The notes: a model not told the origin generated them from the sequence alone. Counted from the first letter of the stretch, positions 18,350 to 28,466 are shown. The stretch is DNA of 64,000 bases from Candidatus Hecatella orcuttiae (GCA_002011035.2 MTLY02000001.1:192001-256000), one strand, 5' to 3'. Translations and numbers: made by a program.

Positions 18350-19000
18350 TTGTGTGGTGAACGAACTTTGGGTCGTTTAGTTGAAATATTTGAAGATGAA
18401 ATGCTCATAAAGAAGATCCAAAAGCGGCTGCCCTATTTATTTCAGCTCGCTGAACTCGAAGCTTCTAGAGCTGGAAAAGTTGGAATGGAGGTAGGGTCGC
18501 TTCGTGAGAAAATTTTAATCGCTTTGTTGATTCACAAATTTGGAGAAAAAGCCATTAAAACTGAAATTCCTATCACGGAACCAGAAGTTGATCTAGAATT
18601 ATTTGGAGAACCTATCTCTATTAAAACCATTACAGGAATGAGTGGTGTTAAAATTATATGGACCGTTGACAGCCAAAAAGCACGAGAATTTCTTGACACC
18701 TACACCCCAAAATGTGACACCTTACTTGTTCAGATTAAGTGAGGTGGAGAGGGAAATCTTTCATATATCCCTCGAAAAGTTCAATGCAGAGTTTTTGAGA
18801 GGCTGGGGAGAGAGAAATACCTTAAGCTTCCTAAACTCGGAACAAATCCCAGGGGAGTGGAAATTAGCAGAGAAGCTCTGGGAAGGTTAATGGTTGAAGA
18901 GAATACAAAATCAATTCGGATATTTTGGCAACGTTCTAGAATAGAATATGATCCTTATCGGAGATGGGTTAACTATTGGAAGGAGAATAGCTTTGTCTGA
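18350..19000 (+). pseudogene. ThaI-family type II restriction endonuclease interrupted by in-frame TGA (18740-18742)
   Basis: LPYLFQLAELEASRAGKVGMEVGSLRE...EPEVD...ISIKT...IWTVD. The same frame continues after QIK*GG with KLPKLGTNPRGVEIS...YDPYRRWVNYW to TGA 19000 (217 codons). Confidence 0.85.
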
Positions 19001-19869
19001 GCTAAATATTTGTTTACCCTTTTTCTGGCTTTCATCACATAATCGATATTAATGTCTATTCCTATGAATTGTCTGTCAGTTTTTAATGCCGCTAAACATG
19101 TGGTTCCTACGCCACAAAATGGATCTAGCACTACTTCATCTTTGAAGGTGAATAATTGGATGCACCGGTATGGTAATTCGAGGGGGAAAGGCGCAGGGTG
19201 CCCCACCTTCTCAGCGGACTCTGGAGGGAATTCCCAGATGCTTTTTGTGAATTCCAAGAATTCTTCTCTTGTAATTGTAGACTTTTTGCCTTTGCTGTTT
19301 CTTGTGAATTTATCCTTAGAAAATACGAGTATGTATTCATGAGTGTCTCTTAAAGTTGGATTAGAAGCGGACATCCAACTACCCCATGCTGTTGAAACAC
19401 CAGCACCCGCACCTTTGTTCCAGATTATTTCTCCCCTCATTAAGAATCCTGACCCTAACATGGTATCGATTACGAATTTGTGGTAAGGAATGTACGGCTT
19501 TCTTCCTACATTGGCTATATTCACACAAGCTCTTCCTCCCGTCACAAGCACTCTATATGTCTCGGTGAATACGTCTCTCAGTAATTCGAGGTATTCATTC
19601 AGATTAAGGTTTTCATCGTATTCTTTGCCAACGTTATATGGGGGTGATGTCACCATAAGGTGCACGCTAGAATCTGGAATGTTGCTCATATTTCTAGCAT
19701 CTTGATGCAAAATTTTATTGAGAATTTCGGATGGAATGGGATTTTCGATCTCAGGTTTTCCTTCGTCTACTTTGAAATTTTGATAGAGTTTACTACCATA
19801 GAACAAAGTTGAGTCATGACTTTCTCTTTTAGAGACGCCGAATTTACTAGTTTTGGTTCCTTTGCTCAT
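18973..19869 (-). CDS. Amino-group (probably N4-cytosine) DNA methyltransferase, beta class
   Basis: TSPPY precedes DPFCGVGT; HPAPFP; convergent with and overlapping the REase gene. Confidence 0.93.
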   Translation of the reverse strand: MSKGTKTSKFGVSKRESHDSTLFYGSKLYQNFKVDEGKPEIENPIPSEILNKILHQDARNMSNIPDSSVHLMVTSPPYNVGKEYDENLNLNEYLELLRDVFTETYRVLVTGGRACVNIANVGRKPYIPYHKFVIDTMLGSGFLMRGEIIWNKGAGAGVSTAWGSWMSASNPTLRDTHEYILVFSKDKFTRNSKGKKSTITREEFLEFTKSIWEFPPESAEKVGHPAPFPLELPYRCIQLFTFKDEVVLDPFCGVGTTCLAALKTDRQFIGIDINIDYVMKARKRVNKYLAQTKLFSFQ

Positions 19870-20015
19870 TAAATATCTCCTTTTCCGCCTACTTTCGCAA
19901 GTTGAAGCAACCTTTCAAGTATATCATCATAAGTTTCTCCTTTCTTGCCGAGCTCTTTTAACCTCTCTCTTATGGTCTTAGATATCTGGATTGTGGTCAC
20001 TTCAGATTTTCCCAT
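19869..20015 (-). CDS. Small ribbon-helix-helix (antitoxin/CopG-like) protein, 48 aa
   Basis: Manual translation MGKSEVTTIQISKTIRERLKELGKKGETYDDILERLLQLAKVGGKGDI*. The stop overlaps the MTase ATG (TAATG). Confidence 0.85.
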   Translation of the reverse strand: MGKSEVTTIQISKTIRERLKELGKKGETYDDILERLLQLAKVGGKGDI

Positions 20016-20045
20016 GGCGCATCATTAATAGTATAATAATTATAT

Positions 20046-20081
20046 GATTTTAAATCTTCCCATAACCGTTATAACAGTTAT
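20046..20081 (-). promoter_or_regulatory. Putative promoter (TTTAAAA) with tandem palindromic operator ATAAC-N-GTTAT x2
   Basis: GATTTAAAATC at 20046-20056; ATAACCGTTAT 20062-20072 and ATAACAGTTAT 20071-20081, upstream of the RHH gene. Confidence 0.5.
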
Positions 20082-20279
20082 TGCTAAAAAATCGTTCGTG
20101 CAATCTGCTAATTATAAGCTTATAAGCTTTGGCTGATAATGGATCGCATTGACATCTATTAGAAAATTTTAGGACTTGAGGGTATTTATTAGAAAGCAGG
20201 CAGTTATCAAGAGAGGGATCTCGATGCTTTAGGTTTATAAGGTTCAAGGTTGCTAGTGAAAGGTTTGAGGGAGAAAACG

Positions 20280-21374
20280 ATGGTTGAAAAAGTCACAGTC
20301 AGCCTGATAAAGGCGGACATCGGAGGCCATCCCGGCCACCACAGGGTTCACCCCAAACAGGTGGAGATGGCTCGAGAGCTCCTCGCCAAAGCTCAAAAGG
20401 ACGGGCTCATCGTCGACTACAGAGTTTTCCACTGCGGAGACGACCTCCAGCTTCTCATGACCCACCGCCGGGGGGAAGACAACCCCGACATCCATGGCCT
20501 CGCCTGGAGCATCTTCACCGAAATAACCGAGAAGGTTTCCAAACCCCTGAAGCTCTACGGAGCAGGCCAAGACCTCCTAGGGGAGGCTTTCTCCGGCAAC
20601 GTCCGAGGCATGGGCCCTGGGGTTGCGGAGATGGAGTTCGAGGAAAGACCCTCCGACCCCGTGCTGGTCTTCGCCGCGGACAAAACCGAGCCTGGGGCTT
20701 GGAACTATCCCCTGTTCAAGATCTTCGCCGACCCCTTCAACACCGCCGGCCTCATCATCGACCCCAGCCTCCACGACGGCTTCAAGTTTCAAGTCATGGC
20801 CCTCCACGAGGGCAGGGAAGTGACGGTGAAATGCCCTGAGGAACTCTACGACCTCCTCGCCCTCCTAGGGACACCCAGCCACTACTGCATCAGCAAGGTC
20901 TTCCGAGCCGACGGACTGCCCGCAGCCGCAGCCAGCACCAGCCGGCTTTCCCTCATCGCCGGCAGGTATGTGGGCAAAGATGACCCTGTCTGCATCGTCC
21001 GAGCTCAGCACGGCCTCCCGGCAGTGGGAGAAGTCCTGGAGCCCTTTGCCTTCCCCCACATCGTCGCAGGGTGGATGCGGGGCAGCCACCACGGCCCCCT
21101 CATGCCCGTGTCCCTCCGCTACGCCCAGTGCACCCGGTTCGACGGCCCCCCTAGGGTGGTGGGGTTGGGCTTCCAAGTTCACAACGCCCTGCTGGAGGGA
21201 CCTGTGGACCTCTTCGACGACCCTGCCTTCGACTTGGCCAGGGAGGAAGCCAGCCGGGTGGCCGACTACCTGCGACGGCACGGTCCCTTTATGCCCCACC
21301 GGCTGGGCCCGGAGGAAATGGAGTACACCACCCTTCCCAAAGTCTTGGAGAAGCTGAAGGACAGGTTTAAGTAG
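20280..21374 (+). CDS. fbp: Bifunctional fructose-1,6-bisphosphate aldolase/phosphatase (class V)
   Basis: IKADIGG.PGH, CGDD, LYGAGQDLL, YVGKDDP, WMRGSH.GPLMP, RFDGPP, MEYTTLP. Confidence 0.97.
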   Translation: MVEKVTVSLIKADIGGHPGHHRVHPKQVEMARELLAKAQKDGLIVDYRVFHCGDDLQLLMTHRRGEDNPDIHGLAWSIFTEITEKVSKPLKLYGAGQDLLGEAFSGNVRGMGPGVAEMEFEERPSDPVLVFAADKTEPGAWNYPLFKIFADPFNTAGLIIDPSLHDGFKFQVMALHEGREVTVKCPEELYDLLALLGTPSHYCISKVFRADGLPAAAASTSRLSLIAGRYVGKDDPVCIVRAQHGLPAVGEVLEPFAFPHIVAGWMRGSHHGPLMPVSLRYAQCTRFDGPPRVVGLGFQVHNALLEGPVDLFDDPAFDLAREEASRVADYLRRHGPFMPHRLGPEEMEYTTLPKVLEKLKDRFK

Positions 21375-21376
21375 GT

Positions 21377-22075
21377 TTGACCGCGGTGAAGCTGAAGCTC
21401 CCCGCCATCCTCGTCAACTTCAAATGCTACCGGGAAGCCACAGGAAAGCAGGCTGTCCGCTTGGCGGAGATAGCCGGGGAAGTCTCCGAGGAAACAGGGG
21501 TCACCTTGGCGGTGGCCCCCCAGTTCACAGACCTTCCCGCCGTAATTCAAGCCGGCCGCGTGCCCGTCTTCTCCCAGCACATCGACCCCGTCAAGCCCGG
21601 CAGCTTCACAGGCCACATCCTCGCCGAGGCGGTTAAGGAAGCGGGGGCCTCGGGGTCGCTGGTGAACCACTCCGAGCGGAGGCTACCGCTGGAGGATGTT
21701 AAAGCCTGCGTGGAGAGGGCTAGGGAAGTAGGCTTGGCCACGGTGGTCTGCGCGGACACCCCCCAAGCCTGCGGGGAAATCGCCGCGTTCAACCCGGATG
21801 TCATCGCCATCGAACCCCCTGAACTCATCGGAACCGGAATCCCCGTCTCCAAGGCCAAGCCTGAAGTGGTGACAGGCGCCCTGAAGGCGGTGGAGGCTGT
21901 GAACCCGGCTGTTCCGGTCCTCTGCGGCGCGGGAATCACTGTGGGGGCCGACGTGGAGGCGGCGTTGAAGCTGGGAACCAGAGGCGTCCTCCTCGCCAGC
22001 GGAGTGGTGAAGGCCCCTGACCCCCGCCGGGTTTTGGTGGAAATGGCGGAGGCGGTGGTTAGGGCTGAGAAGTGA
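21377..22075 (+). CDS. tpiA: Triosephosphate isomerase (archaeal type)
   Basis: VNFK, QH.D, NHSERR, IEPPELIG, CGAGI, LASGV. Confidence 0.97.
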   Translation: MTAVKLKLPAILVNFKCYREATGKQAVRLAEIAGEVSEETGVTLAVAPQFTDLPAVIQAGRVPVFSQHIDPVKPGSFTGHILAEAVKEAGASGSLVNHSERRLPLEDVKACVERAREVGLATVVCADTPQACGEIAAFNPDVIAIEPPELIGTGIPVSKAKPEVVTGALKAVEAVNPAVPVLCGAGITVGADVEAALKLGTRGVLLASGVVKAPDPRRVLVEMAEAVVRAEK

Positions 22076-22087
22076 GGGCTTCGACGT

Positions 22088-22966
22088 TTGAAGGTGGAAG
22101 CGGAATGTCTCCTCTGCCTCTTGGAGAGAGCCTGCCGGCAGACAGGCTACGTGGGCGGAGATAGACAGGCTTTTTTCCAAGTGATGACTGAACTCTTAGA
22201 CATGCTGCACAAGGAGTTCACCCCCGAAGCTGTCCCCGCCTACCTGGGAACGTTGAGGGACAGAATCGTCCGAAAGGCTACAGGCCGAGACCCCTATGAG
22301 GAGCTTAAGAGGCAGGCCAACGAGGCAGCGTGGAAAGTCCTACCCGCCGCGGAGAGGTTCGTCCTCCAGGCGGACTCCGACTACGAGCGGTTTCGAAGGC
22401 TGTGCATGGTGGCGGTGGCCGGGAACTCCGTGGAGTTCGACGTCATGGGCTACAGCTTCACCCTCGACCGCTTGGGGGGAGAGCTGGAGAACCTCACCCT
22501 CCGCCTCGACCATCTTCCCCAAGCCTACGCCCAGCTTGAAGCTTCCCGGGAGGTGCTGTTCCTAACCGACAACGCGGGGGAGATAGTCTTGGACACCTTG
22601 CTCATGAGATACCTGAAGCAGAGAGGTCTAACCTTAACCGTGGCCGTGAAGGGAAGTCCCGTCCTCAACGACGCCACCCTCGTCGACGCGCAGGAGGCTG
22701 GAGTGGACAGGATAGCCGACGAGCTGATCACCACCGGCCTCGACAGCGTGGGGCTCATCTTAGACGCGGCGCCCAAACCTGTCAGGGAGAAGTTCACCCA
22801 CTCAGACTTGGTCATAGCCAAAGGGATGGGAAACTACGAAACCCTCACCGAGGTGAAGGGCGCAGGCGTGAAAGTGCTCTTCCTTCTCAAGGCCAAATGC
22901 GCCCCCGTAGCCCGAAGCCTAGGCGTGGAGAGGGGCTCCAACGCCGCGCTGTTTCTAGAGCTTTAG
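22088..22966 (+). CDS. DUF89/ARMT1-like damage-control phosphatase
   Basis: ECLLC, DPY, GN..EFD, DNAGE...D, LNDAT, AKGMGNYE, KAKC. Confidence 0.92.
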   Translation: MKVEAECLLCLLERACRQTGYVGGDRQAFFQVMTELLDMLHKEFTPEAVPAYLGTLRDRIVRKATGRDPYEELKRQANEAAWKVLPAAERFVLQADSDYERFRRLCMVAVAGNSVEFDVMGYSFTLDRLGGELENLTLRLDHLPQAYAQLEASREVLFLTDNAGEIVLDTLLMRYLKQRGLTLTVAVKGSPVLNDATLVDAQEAGVDRIADELITTGLDSVGLILDAAPKPVREKFTHSDLVIAKGMGNYETLTEVKGAGVKVLFLLKAKCAPVARSLGVERGSNAALFLEL

Positions 22967-23653
22967 CTTAAAGGCCTCCCGCAGCCACTCCACCGCCTCG
23001 CAGAAGCCTTCCCCGTAGCTTTTGGAGGTAACATGGTCGGCTATCTTTTTGAGCTCCTCAGGAGCCTGAGCTAGGGCTATGCCGTAGCCTGCGGCCTGAA
23101 AGAGCTCCACGTCGTTAAGGCCGTCTCCCACGGCGACGATCCTCCCGGAGTCTAGGTGGAAGAGTTCAGCCAGCTTCTTCAAGCCTGAGCCTTTATCCAC
23201 CCCCGCGGGTAGGAGGTGGTAGGCGAAGCCGCTGTCGTAGACGCGCACTCCGACTCCGTGGTCTCTGAGAATCCTGTTTCCTTCCTCCAAGGGGAAGCTT
23301 CTCTCCAAGGCTATGTCCACCATCCGGGGTTGGATGCCTCTTTCCTGAACCTTCTCCCCCAGCTTTTCCCTGAGAACCCGGTAGCCTTCCAAGGCCAGTT
23401 TCGGGTCCCCGAAAACCCTGAGAACCCTCCAGCCCCGGCCTAGCACCGCGCCGTTTTCCCCCATGACGATCTCGCAGGTGCCGATGAGGCGGGCCAGCAT
23501 GGCGGCGGTATAGATGCTTCGGGCGGTGCTCAGGATGACGGGCCAGCCGGCTGCCTCAACCTTTCTCACCTTTTCCACAGCCGCCAACTCCAGCCTTCCA
23601 TCGGCGTCCGTCAGCGTCCCGTCCACGTCCACCGCCAAGGCTTCAACCTTCAA
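22955..23653 (-). CDS. Phosphoglycolate phosphatase (archaeal HAD IIB)
   Basis: DVDGTLT, ENGA, DSGFAYH, DKG, GDGLND. Confidence 0.88.
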   Translation of the reverse strand: MKVEALAVDVDGTLTDADGRLELAAVEKVRKVEAAGWPVILSTARSIYTAAMLARLIGTCEIVMGENGAVLGRGWRVLRVFGDPKLALEGYRVLREKLGEKVQERGIQPRMVDIALERSFPLEEGNRILRDHGVGVRVYDSGFAYHLLPAGVDKGSGLKKLAELFHLDSGRIVAVGDGLNDVELFQAAGYGIALAQAPEELKKIADHVTSKSYGEGFCEAVEWLREAFKLKL

Positions 23654-23717
23654 CCCTCGCCCTCCCTCCGGGTAGCCTTAACGTTAATTTTTCACTCTCC
23701 CCCATAATTAACCGTAT

Positions 23718-24353
23718 ATGGCAAAGATTGAACCCTTCGAGAAGTTTGCCCTCCGCTACGAAGCCTGGTTTTCCCGGCATAGGTTCGCCTACGAATCAGA
23801 GCTCCAAGCGGTAAGGGAGCTACTGCCGAAAGGCGGGGAAGGCGTTGAAATCGGCGTGGGAAGCGGCAGGTTCGCAGCACCGCTGGGCGTCAGGCTTGGG
23901 GTTGAACCCTCCCACAAGATGCTGGAGCTGGCTAAGGAAAAGGGGGTGGAAGTGGTAGGCGGCGTAGCCGAAGCGCTGCCCCTTCCCCCTTCACGGTTTG
24001 ACTTCGCCTTAATGGTTGCCACCCTCTGCTTCTTGGACGATGTGGAAACAGCGTTCAGGGAGGCATGGAAGGTGCTGAAACCCGGCGGCTGCTTGGTGAT
24101 AGGGTTTATCGACCGTGAAAGCCCCTTGGGGAGGCTGTACCAGCAGCGTAAGGGGGAGGACGTATTCTACGGGGAAGCCACCTTCCACTCAGTGGAGGAG
24201 GTTGTTTCTCGCCTGAGAAAATCGGGGTTTGAAAACTTCCACTTCACCCAAACCATCTTCCATAACCTGCCTGAGATAACAGCCGTCGAACCTGTCGAAG
24301 AAGGCCACGGGAAAGGCTCCTTCGTGGTGGTCAGAGCGAGGAAACCCAGATAA
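23718..24353 (+). CDS. Class I SAM-dependent methyltransferase
   Basis: EIGVGSGRF, GVEPS, AEALP, LKPGG. Confidence 0.9.
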   Translation: MAKIEPFEKFALRYEAWFSRHRFAYESELQAVRELLPKGGEGVEIGVGSGRFAAPLGVRLGVEPSHKMLELAKEKGVEVVGGVAEALPLPPSRFDFALMVATLCFLDDVETAFREAWKVLKPGGCLVIGFIDRESPLGRLYQQRKGEDVFYGEATFHSVEEVVSRLRKSGFENFHFTQTIFHNLPEITAVEPVEEGHGKGSFVVVRARKPR

Positions 24354-24437
24354 GACCCCCTTATCGGAACAGTTTTAGGGAAGGTTAGAATAACAGGCTA
24401 GACACGTCCGGGAGGCCTGTTCCACGGCCGTCAGCCA

Positions 24438-25601
24438 GTGGTCGAGTTGAAAAAAGACATCAAGCACGCTGTCAAGGCCTTGCTCAGAGAACTCGTCGAA
24501 ACCCCCACCGTCAATCCCCCCGGTGAAAACTACCCTCAAGCCGTGGAGAAAATAGAAAGGATGCTGGAGAAATTCGGTGTTCCAACGCGCATCGTGGAGG
24601 CAGCTGAAGGGAAGCCGAACCTGATCGCCAAGGTGGGGAGGGGAAAGCCGGTTCTGCTTTTCAACGGCCACATCGACACCGTGGCCGCAGGTGCCGGTTG
24701 GAGGACAGACCCCTTTAGGTTGGTTGAAGGGGATGGAAAACTCTATGGAAGAGGCACAGCGGACATGAAAGGCAGTCTAGCCGCCATGGCCGTTGCCGCC
24801 GCCAGCCTCGCGGAGGCCGACGGACCCCTAGAAGGCTCCTTGGTCTTCACCGCCACCGTCGACGAAGAAACCGGAGGACAAGACGGTTTAGGCTATTTGG
24901 TGAAAAGAAGGCTCGTCAACCCCGACTTCTGCGTGGTCGGGGAGCCCACGGGCTTGAACGTCGCCACCTGCGAGAAGGGAGCCTGCTGGTATAGGATAAC
25001 AGTCCAAGGGAAGGCAGCCCACGGAGCTGTTCCTGAGCAGGGAGTCAACGCTGTGGAGAAGGCATCGAAGATCACCCTAAAACTGCTGTCTCTAAAATTC
25101 AGAAAAACCCACAGACGGCTGGGGAAGCCTACCTTAAACGTCGGAAGAATGGAGGGAGGCGTCAAAATCAACGTGGTCCCCGACCGCTGCGTTGTGGAGG
25201 TAGACCGAAGGACTCTCCCAAGTGAAACCCCCCAAGCTGTGAGAAGGGAGATAAAAGAGGCCCTCGCATCCCTCCGCTCCAAAGACCCCTCTCTGCGCTA
25301 CCGGGTGGAGGAAATCCTCGTCTCCCAGCCCTTCCAGTCGCCTGAAGAGGACCCCCTAGTCGAAGCCGCCGTGGAGTCGGTTGCCTCTGTCCTAGGGCGG
25401 AAGCCCAAGCTCGTCGGCATGCAGGGGGTGACCGACGCCCGCTTCCCGGCGGTGGACCTGAAGAAGCCCACCATCATCCTAGGAGCCGGCAGCCTGAATC
25501 AGGCTCATAAGCCCAACGAGTATGTTTCAGAAAAACAGCTCCTCCAAGCCGTGGACGTCTTCAGGGTTCTCGCCGAAAAAATCCTTTCCGGCAGAAGGTG
25601 A
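24438..25601 (+). CDS. M20 family metallopeptidase/deacylase (ArgE/DapE-like)
   Basis: NGHIDTV, GRGTADMKG, DEE, GEPT, AH..NE. Confidence 0.92.
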   Translation: MVELKKDIKHAVKALLRELVETPTVNPPGENYPQAVEKIERMLEKFGVPTRIVEAAEGKPNLIAKVGRGKPVLLFNGHIDTVAAGAGWRTDPFRLVEGDGKLYGRGTADMKGSLAAMAVAAASLAEADGPLEGSLVFTATVDEETGGQDGLGYLVKRRLVNPDFCVVGEPTGLNVATCEKGACWYRITVQGKAAHGAVPEQGVNAVEKASKITLKLLSLKFRKTHRRLGKPTLNVGRMEGGVKINVVPDRCVVEVDRRTLPSETPQAVRREIKEALASLRSKDPSLRYRVEEILVSQPFQSPEEDPLVEAAVESVASVLGRKPKLVGMQGVTDARFPAVDLKKPTIILGAGSLNQAHKPNEYVSEKQLLQAVDVFRVLAEKILSGRR

Positions 25602-25862
25602 GGACATTCGAAGACCACCTGTGGGACGGGGCTGGAAAGGAGTTAAAGCTTTCAGAGTTTTTGGAAAAGTATGAAAAATGTAGGTGGACTATACAGCTTA
25701 CCCACCTGAGCTGCCCACTTCCTTATGCCACATGGTGTGCACATTGAGCATAAAAAATTAGCCGTATTCAGAAAACTTAAAAGGATAATTACCGAGATAA
25801 TAACACTTCGCTGATGATGTTCTGAAGGAGGATGCGCCTTCACGAGAGTTCCCCTTGGAAAG

Positions 25863-27431
25863 GTGAAGCCGGGAGAAACCGTCATCGCCATGAGGGGAAT
25901 CACCAAGCGATTCCCAGGCGTTCTCGCGAACGATCACGTAGATATTGACATAAAAGCTGGTGAGATTCACGCTATCCTAGGTGAGAACGGTGCAGGAAAA
26001 ACTACTCTTATGAACATATTGTACGGACTTCTGCAGCCCGATGAGGGGGAAATATTCGTCTATGGAGAAAAGGTAACCCCGAAATCTCCGAAAGACATGA
26101 TCGACCTAGGAATCGGAATGGTCCACCAACACTTTATGCTCATTCCCACCTTCACCGTCGTAGAGAACATCATCCTAGGACTTGAATCCTCGAAAGAGCC
26201 GTTTCTAGATGTCGATTTGGCTGAAAAAAAGATAATCGAGTTATCGGAGAAATACGGCCTCAAAGTTAATCCTAAAGCTAAGGTTTGGCAGCTGTCGACT
26301 GGCGAGCGGCAGCGTGTGGAAATAATCAAAGCCCTCTATCGGGGCGCTCAGGTATTGATCATGGACGAGCCGACGTCGGTGCTTACTCCGACGGAGGTGG
26401 AAGAGCTTTCGAAGATTCTTAAGCGGATGGCGAAAGAGGGATTGGCGATTATTCCTTTCATAACCCATAAACTGCCTGAAGTGATGGCGATAAGCGACCG
26501 CGTAACCGTTCTCAGGAAAGGGAGAGTTGTGGGGAGGTTTGAGACAAAACTCACGGATGAGAAAAGCCTAGCTAGAGAAATGGTTGGAAGAGAGGTCTTG
26601 TTTAAGCTACCAAAAAGTGAGGTAAAGAAAGGGAAAGTGGTCCTTGAGGTCAGAGGACTATGGGCCCAAAGCGACTTTGGAGTTTCTGCCCTCAAAGGTG
26701 TTTCCTTCTCCATCAGGGAGGGAGAGATCCTCGGCGTGGCTGGGGTGGCTGGGAATGGGCAGCGGGAGCTGGCGGAGGTCATCGCGGGTCTGCGCCGGGC
26801 TGTGGCGGGGAGGGTGCTCATCGACGGAAGGGACGTCACCAACCTCCCCCCAAGGGAGATAATCAAGCAGGGCCTAGGCCACATCCCCGAAGACAGAATG
26901 GGAATGGGCCTCATCCTAGACTTCTCCATAGCCGAGAACATCATTTTAGAAACTCACTCTGATCCCCCCTTCGCCTACCGCTGGATCCTTCCGTTTAAAA
27001 AGCGATGGTTCATCGATCAAGACGAAGTTGATAAGTACGCGGAGAAGCTACTTCTGGAATATAACATTGTAGCCGCTGGTAAGGATACGCTGGCAAGACA
27101 CCTCTCTGGTGGGAACTTGCAAAGGCTTATTTTGGCTCGGGAGCTTTCCAGGGAGCCCAAGGTTTTGGTGGCCAACCAGCCGACTCGGGGGTTGGACGTG
27201 GGGGCCACCGAGTTCATCCGTAGGAAGCTTTTGGAGCAGCGGGACAGGGGCGTGGCCATCCTCCTCATCTCCGAGGACCTGGACGAGGTCATGTCCATGA
27301 GCGACCGCATCGCCGTCCTCTACGAGGGCGAAATCATGGGAATCCTCCCCGCGGAGAAAGCGGATATGAAAGAGGTGGGGATGATGATGGCCGGTTCAAA
27401 GCGGGCACAATCTTTGGAGGAGCCAGCTTGA
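25863..27431 (+). CDS. Nucleoside/sugar (CUT2) ABC transporter ATP-binding protein
   Basis: GENGAGKTT, MVHQHF, DEPT, LSGGNLQR, QPTRGLD; duplicated NBD. Confidence 0.95.
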   Translation: MKPGETVIAMRGITKRFPGVLANDHVDIDIKAGEIHAILGENGAGKTTLMNILYGLLQPDEGEIFVYGEKVTPKSPKDMIDLGIGMVHQHFMLIPTFTVVENIILGLESSKEPFLDVDLAEKKIIELSEKYGLKVNPKAKVWQLSTGERQRVEIIKALYRGAQVLIMDEPTSVLTPTEVEELSKILKRMAKEGLAIIPFITHKLPEVMAISDRVTVLRKGRVVGRFETKLTDEKSLAREMVGREVLFKLPKSEVKKGKVVLEVRGLWAQSDFGVSALKGVSFSIREGEILGVAGVAGNGQRELAEVIAGLRRAVAGRVLIDGRDVTNLPPREIIKQGLGHIPEDRMGMGLILDFSIAENIILETHSDPPFAYRWILPFKKRWFIDQDEVDKYAEKLLLEYNIVAAGKDTLARHLSGGNLQRLILARELSREPKVLVANQPTRGLDVGATEFIRRKLLEQRDRGVAILLISEDLDEVMSMSDRIAVLYEGEIMGILPAEKADMKEVGMMMAGSKRAQSLEEPA

Positions 27432-28462
27432 AAGGATTCTCGTCGAAGATGCCGTCCAGAAGCATCCTACTACCGCCCATGGCAATTTTATTGGCCCTAG
27501 CCATAGGCGCCCTTACAATCTTGGCTTTAGGAATAAACCCTATTTTCGCCTATGCTGCACTTTTTCAAGGAGCTTTCGGCAGTCTCCATTCCCTAACGGA
27601 GACTTTCGTGAAAGCCTCTCCTCTGCTTTTCACAGGTCTAGCGGCAGCAGTGGCCTTTAGATGCCGGGTGTGGAACATAGGAGCTGAAGGCCAGCTTTAC
27701 ATGGGAGCGGTGGTTACCACGTGGGCAGGACTCACGTTGGTAGAAGTGCCAGCAGCTTTGCTGATCCCCCTACTCATATTGTTGAGCTTTGCTGCGGGAG
27801 CAATGTGGGCTGTCATCGCGGGGGCTTTGAAGGCTAAATTCAAAGTAAACGAGATAATTCTTACCCTCATGTTAAATTTCATCGCAATCTACTTCGTGAG
27901 CTACTTGGTTGAAGGGCCGTGGAGAGATCCTTCTGGAATAACATACAGCCCGCCTCTCACCACCTCAGCTTGGCTTCCCACCTTGGTATCCGGCACACGA
28001 CTCCATCTGGGCATTTTATTAGCGTTTGTGTGCGCTGTTTTCATTTCTTTACTCTTCCGAAAGACCGTTTTAGGCTATAAAATCCAAGCCATCGGCGCTA
28101 ATCCGGAGGCTTCGCGTTACGCGGGCATCGAAGTCTCCAAAACGATCATAATCGTCATGGTGATCAGCGGTGGACTGGCTGGACTGGCCGGAATGGGAGA
28201 AATAGCCGGGGTGCAACATCGCCTGATGAGCGGATTCTCACCGTGGTACGGTTTCTTGGGTATTTTAGTGGCAATGCTGGGGAAGCTGAGGCCTTTCGGG
28301 ATAGTAGTCGCTTCCATCCTCTTTGGAGGCTTACTCGTCGGAGGCGATGCCATGCAGCGAGTAGGCGGAGTGCCGGCTCCTCTTGTCTTTGTATTGCAAG
28401 GGTTGATAGTGCTTTTGCTACTATTTTATGAACATGTTTTTGCGCGATTCGCAAGGAGTTGA
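27428..28462 (+). CDS. Nucleoside ABC transporter permease
   Basis: NIGAEGQ, NEII.TLMLN, G.N..A..YAG, SGGLAGLAG. Confidence 0.93.
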   Translation: MKGFSSKMPSRSILLPPMAILLALAIGALTILALGINPIFAYAALFQGAFGSLHSLTETFVKASPLLFTGLAAAVAFRCRVWNIGAEGQLYMGAVVTTWAGLTLVEVPAALLIPLLILLSFAAGAMWAVIAGALKAKFKVNEIILTLMLNFIAIYFVSYLVEGPWRDPSGITYSPPLTTSAWLPTLVSGTRLHLGILLAFVCAVFISLLFRKTVLGYKIQAIGANPEASRYAGIEVSKTIIIVMVISGGLAGLAGMGEIAGVQHRLMSGFSPWYGFLGILVAMLGKLRPFGIVVASILFGGLLVGGDAMQRVGGVPAPLVFVLQGLIVLLLLFYEHVFARFARS

Positions 28463-28466
28463 AAAA

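Noticed and set aside
18740-18742. In-frame TGA as selenocysteine or genetic-code reassignment
   Set aside because: The position looks like Trp rather than Cys, no SECIS was seen, and TGA is a normal stop in many genes in the window.
25811-25825. CTGATGA-TGTT-CTGA box C/D-like K-loop before the ABC operon
   Set aside because: No guide region and no convincing closing stem.
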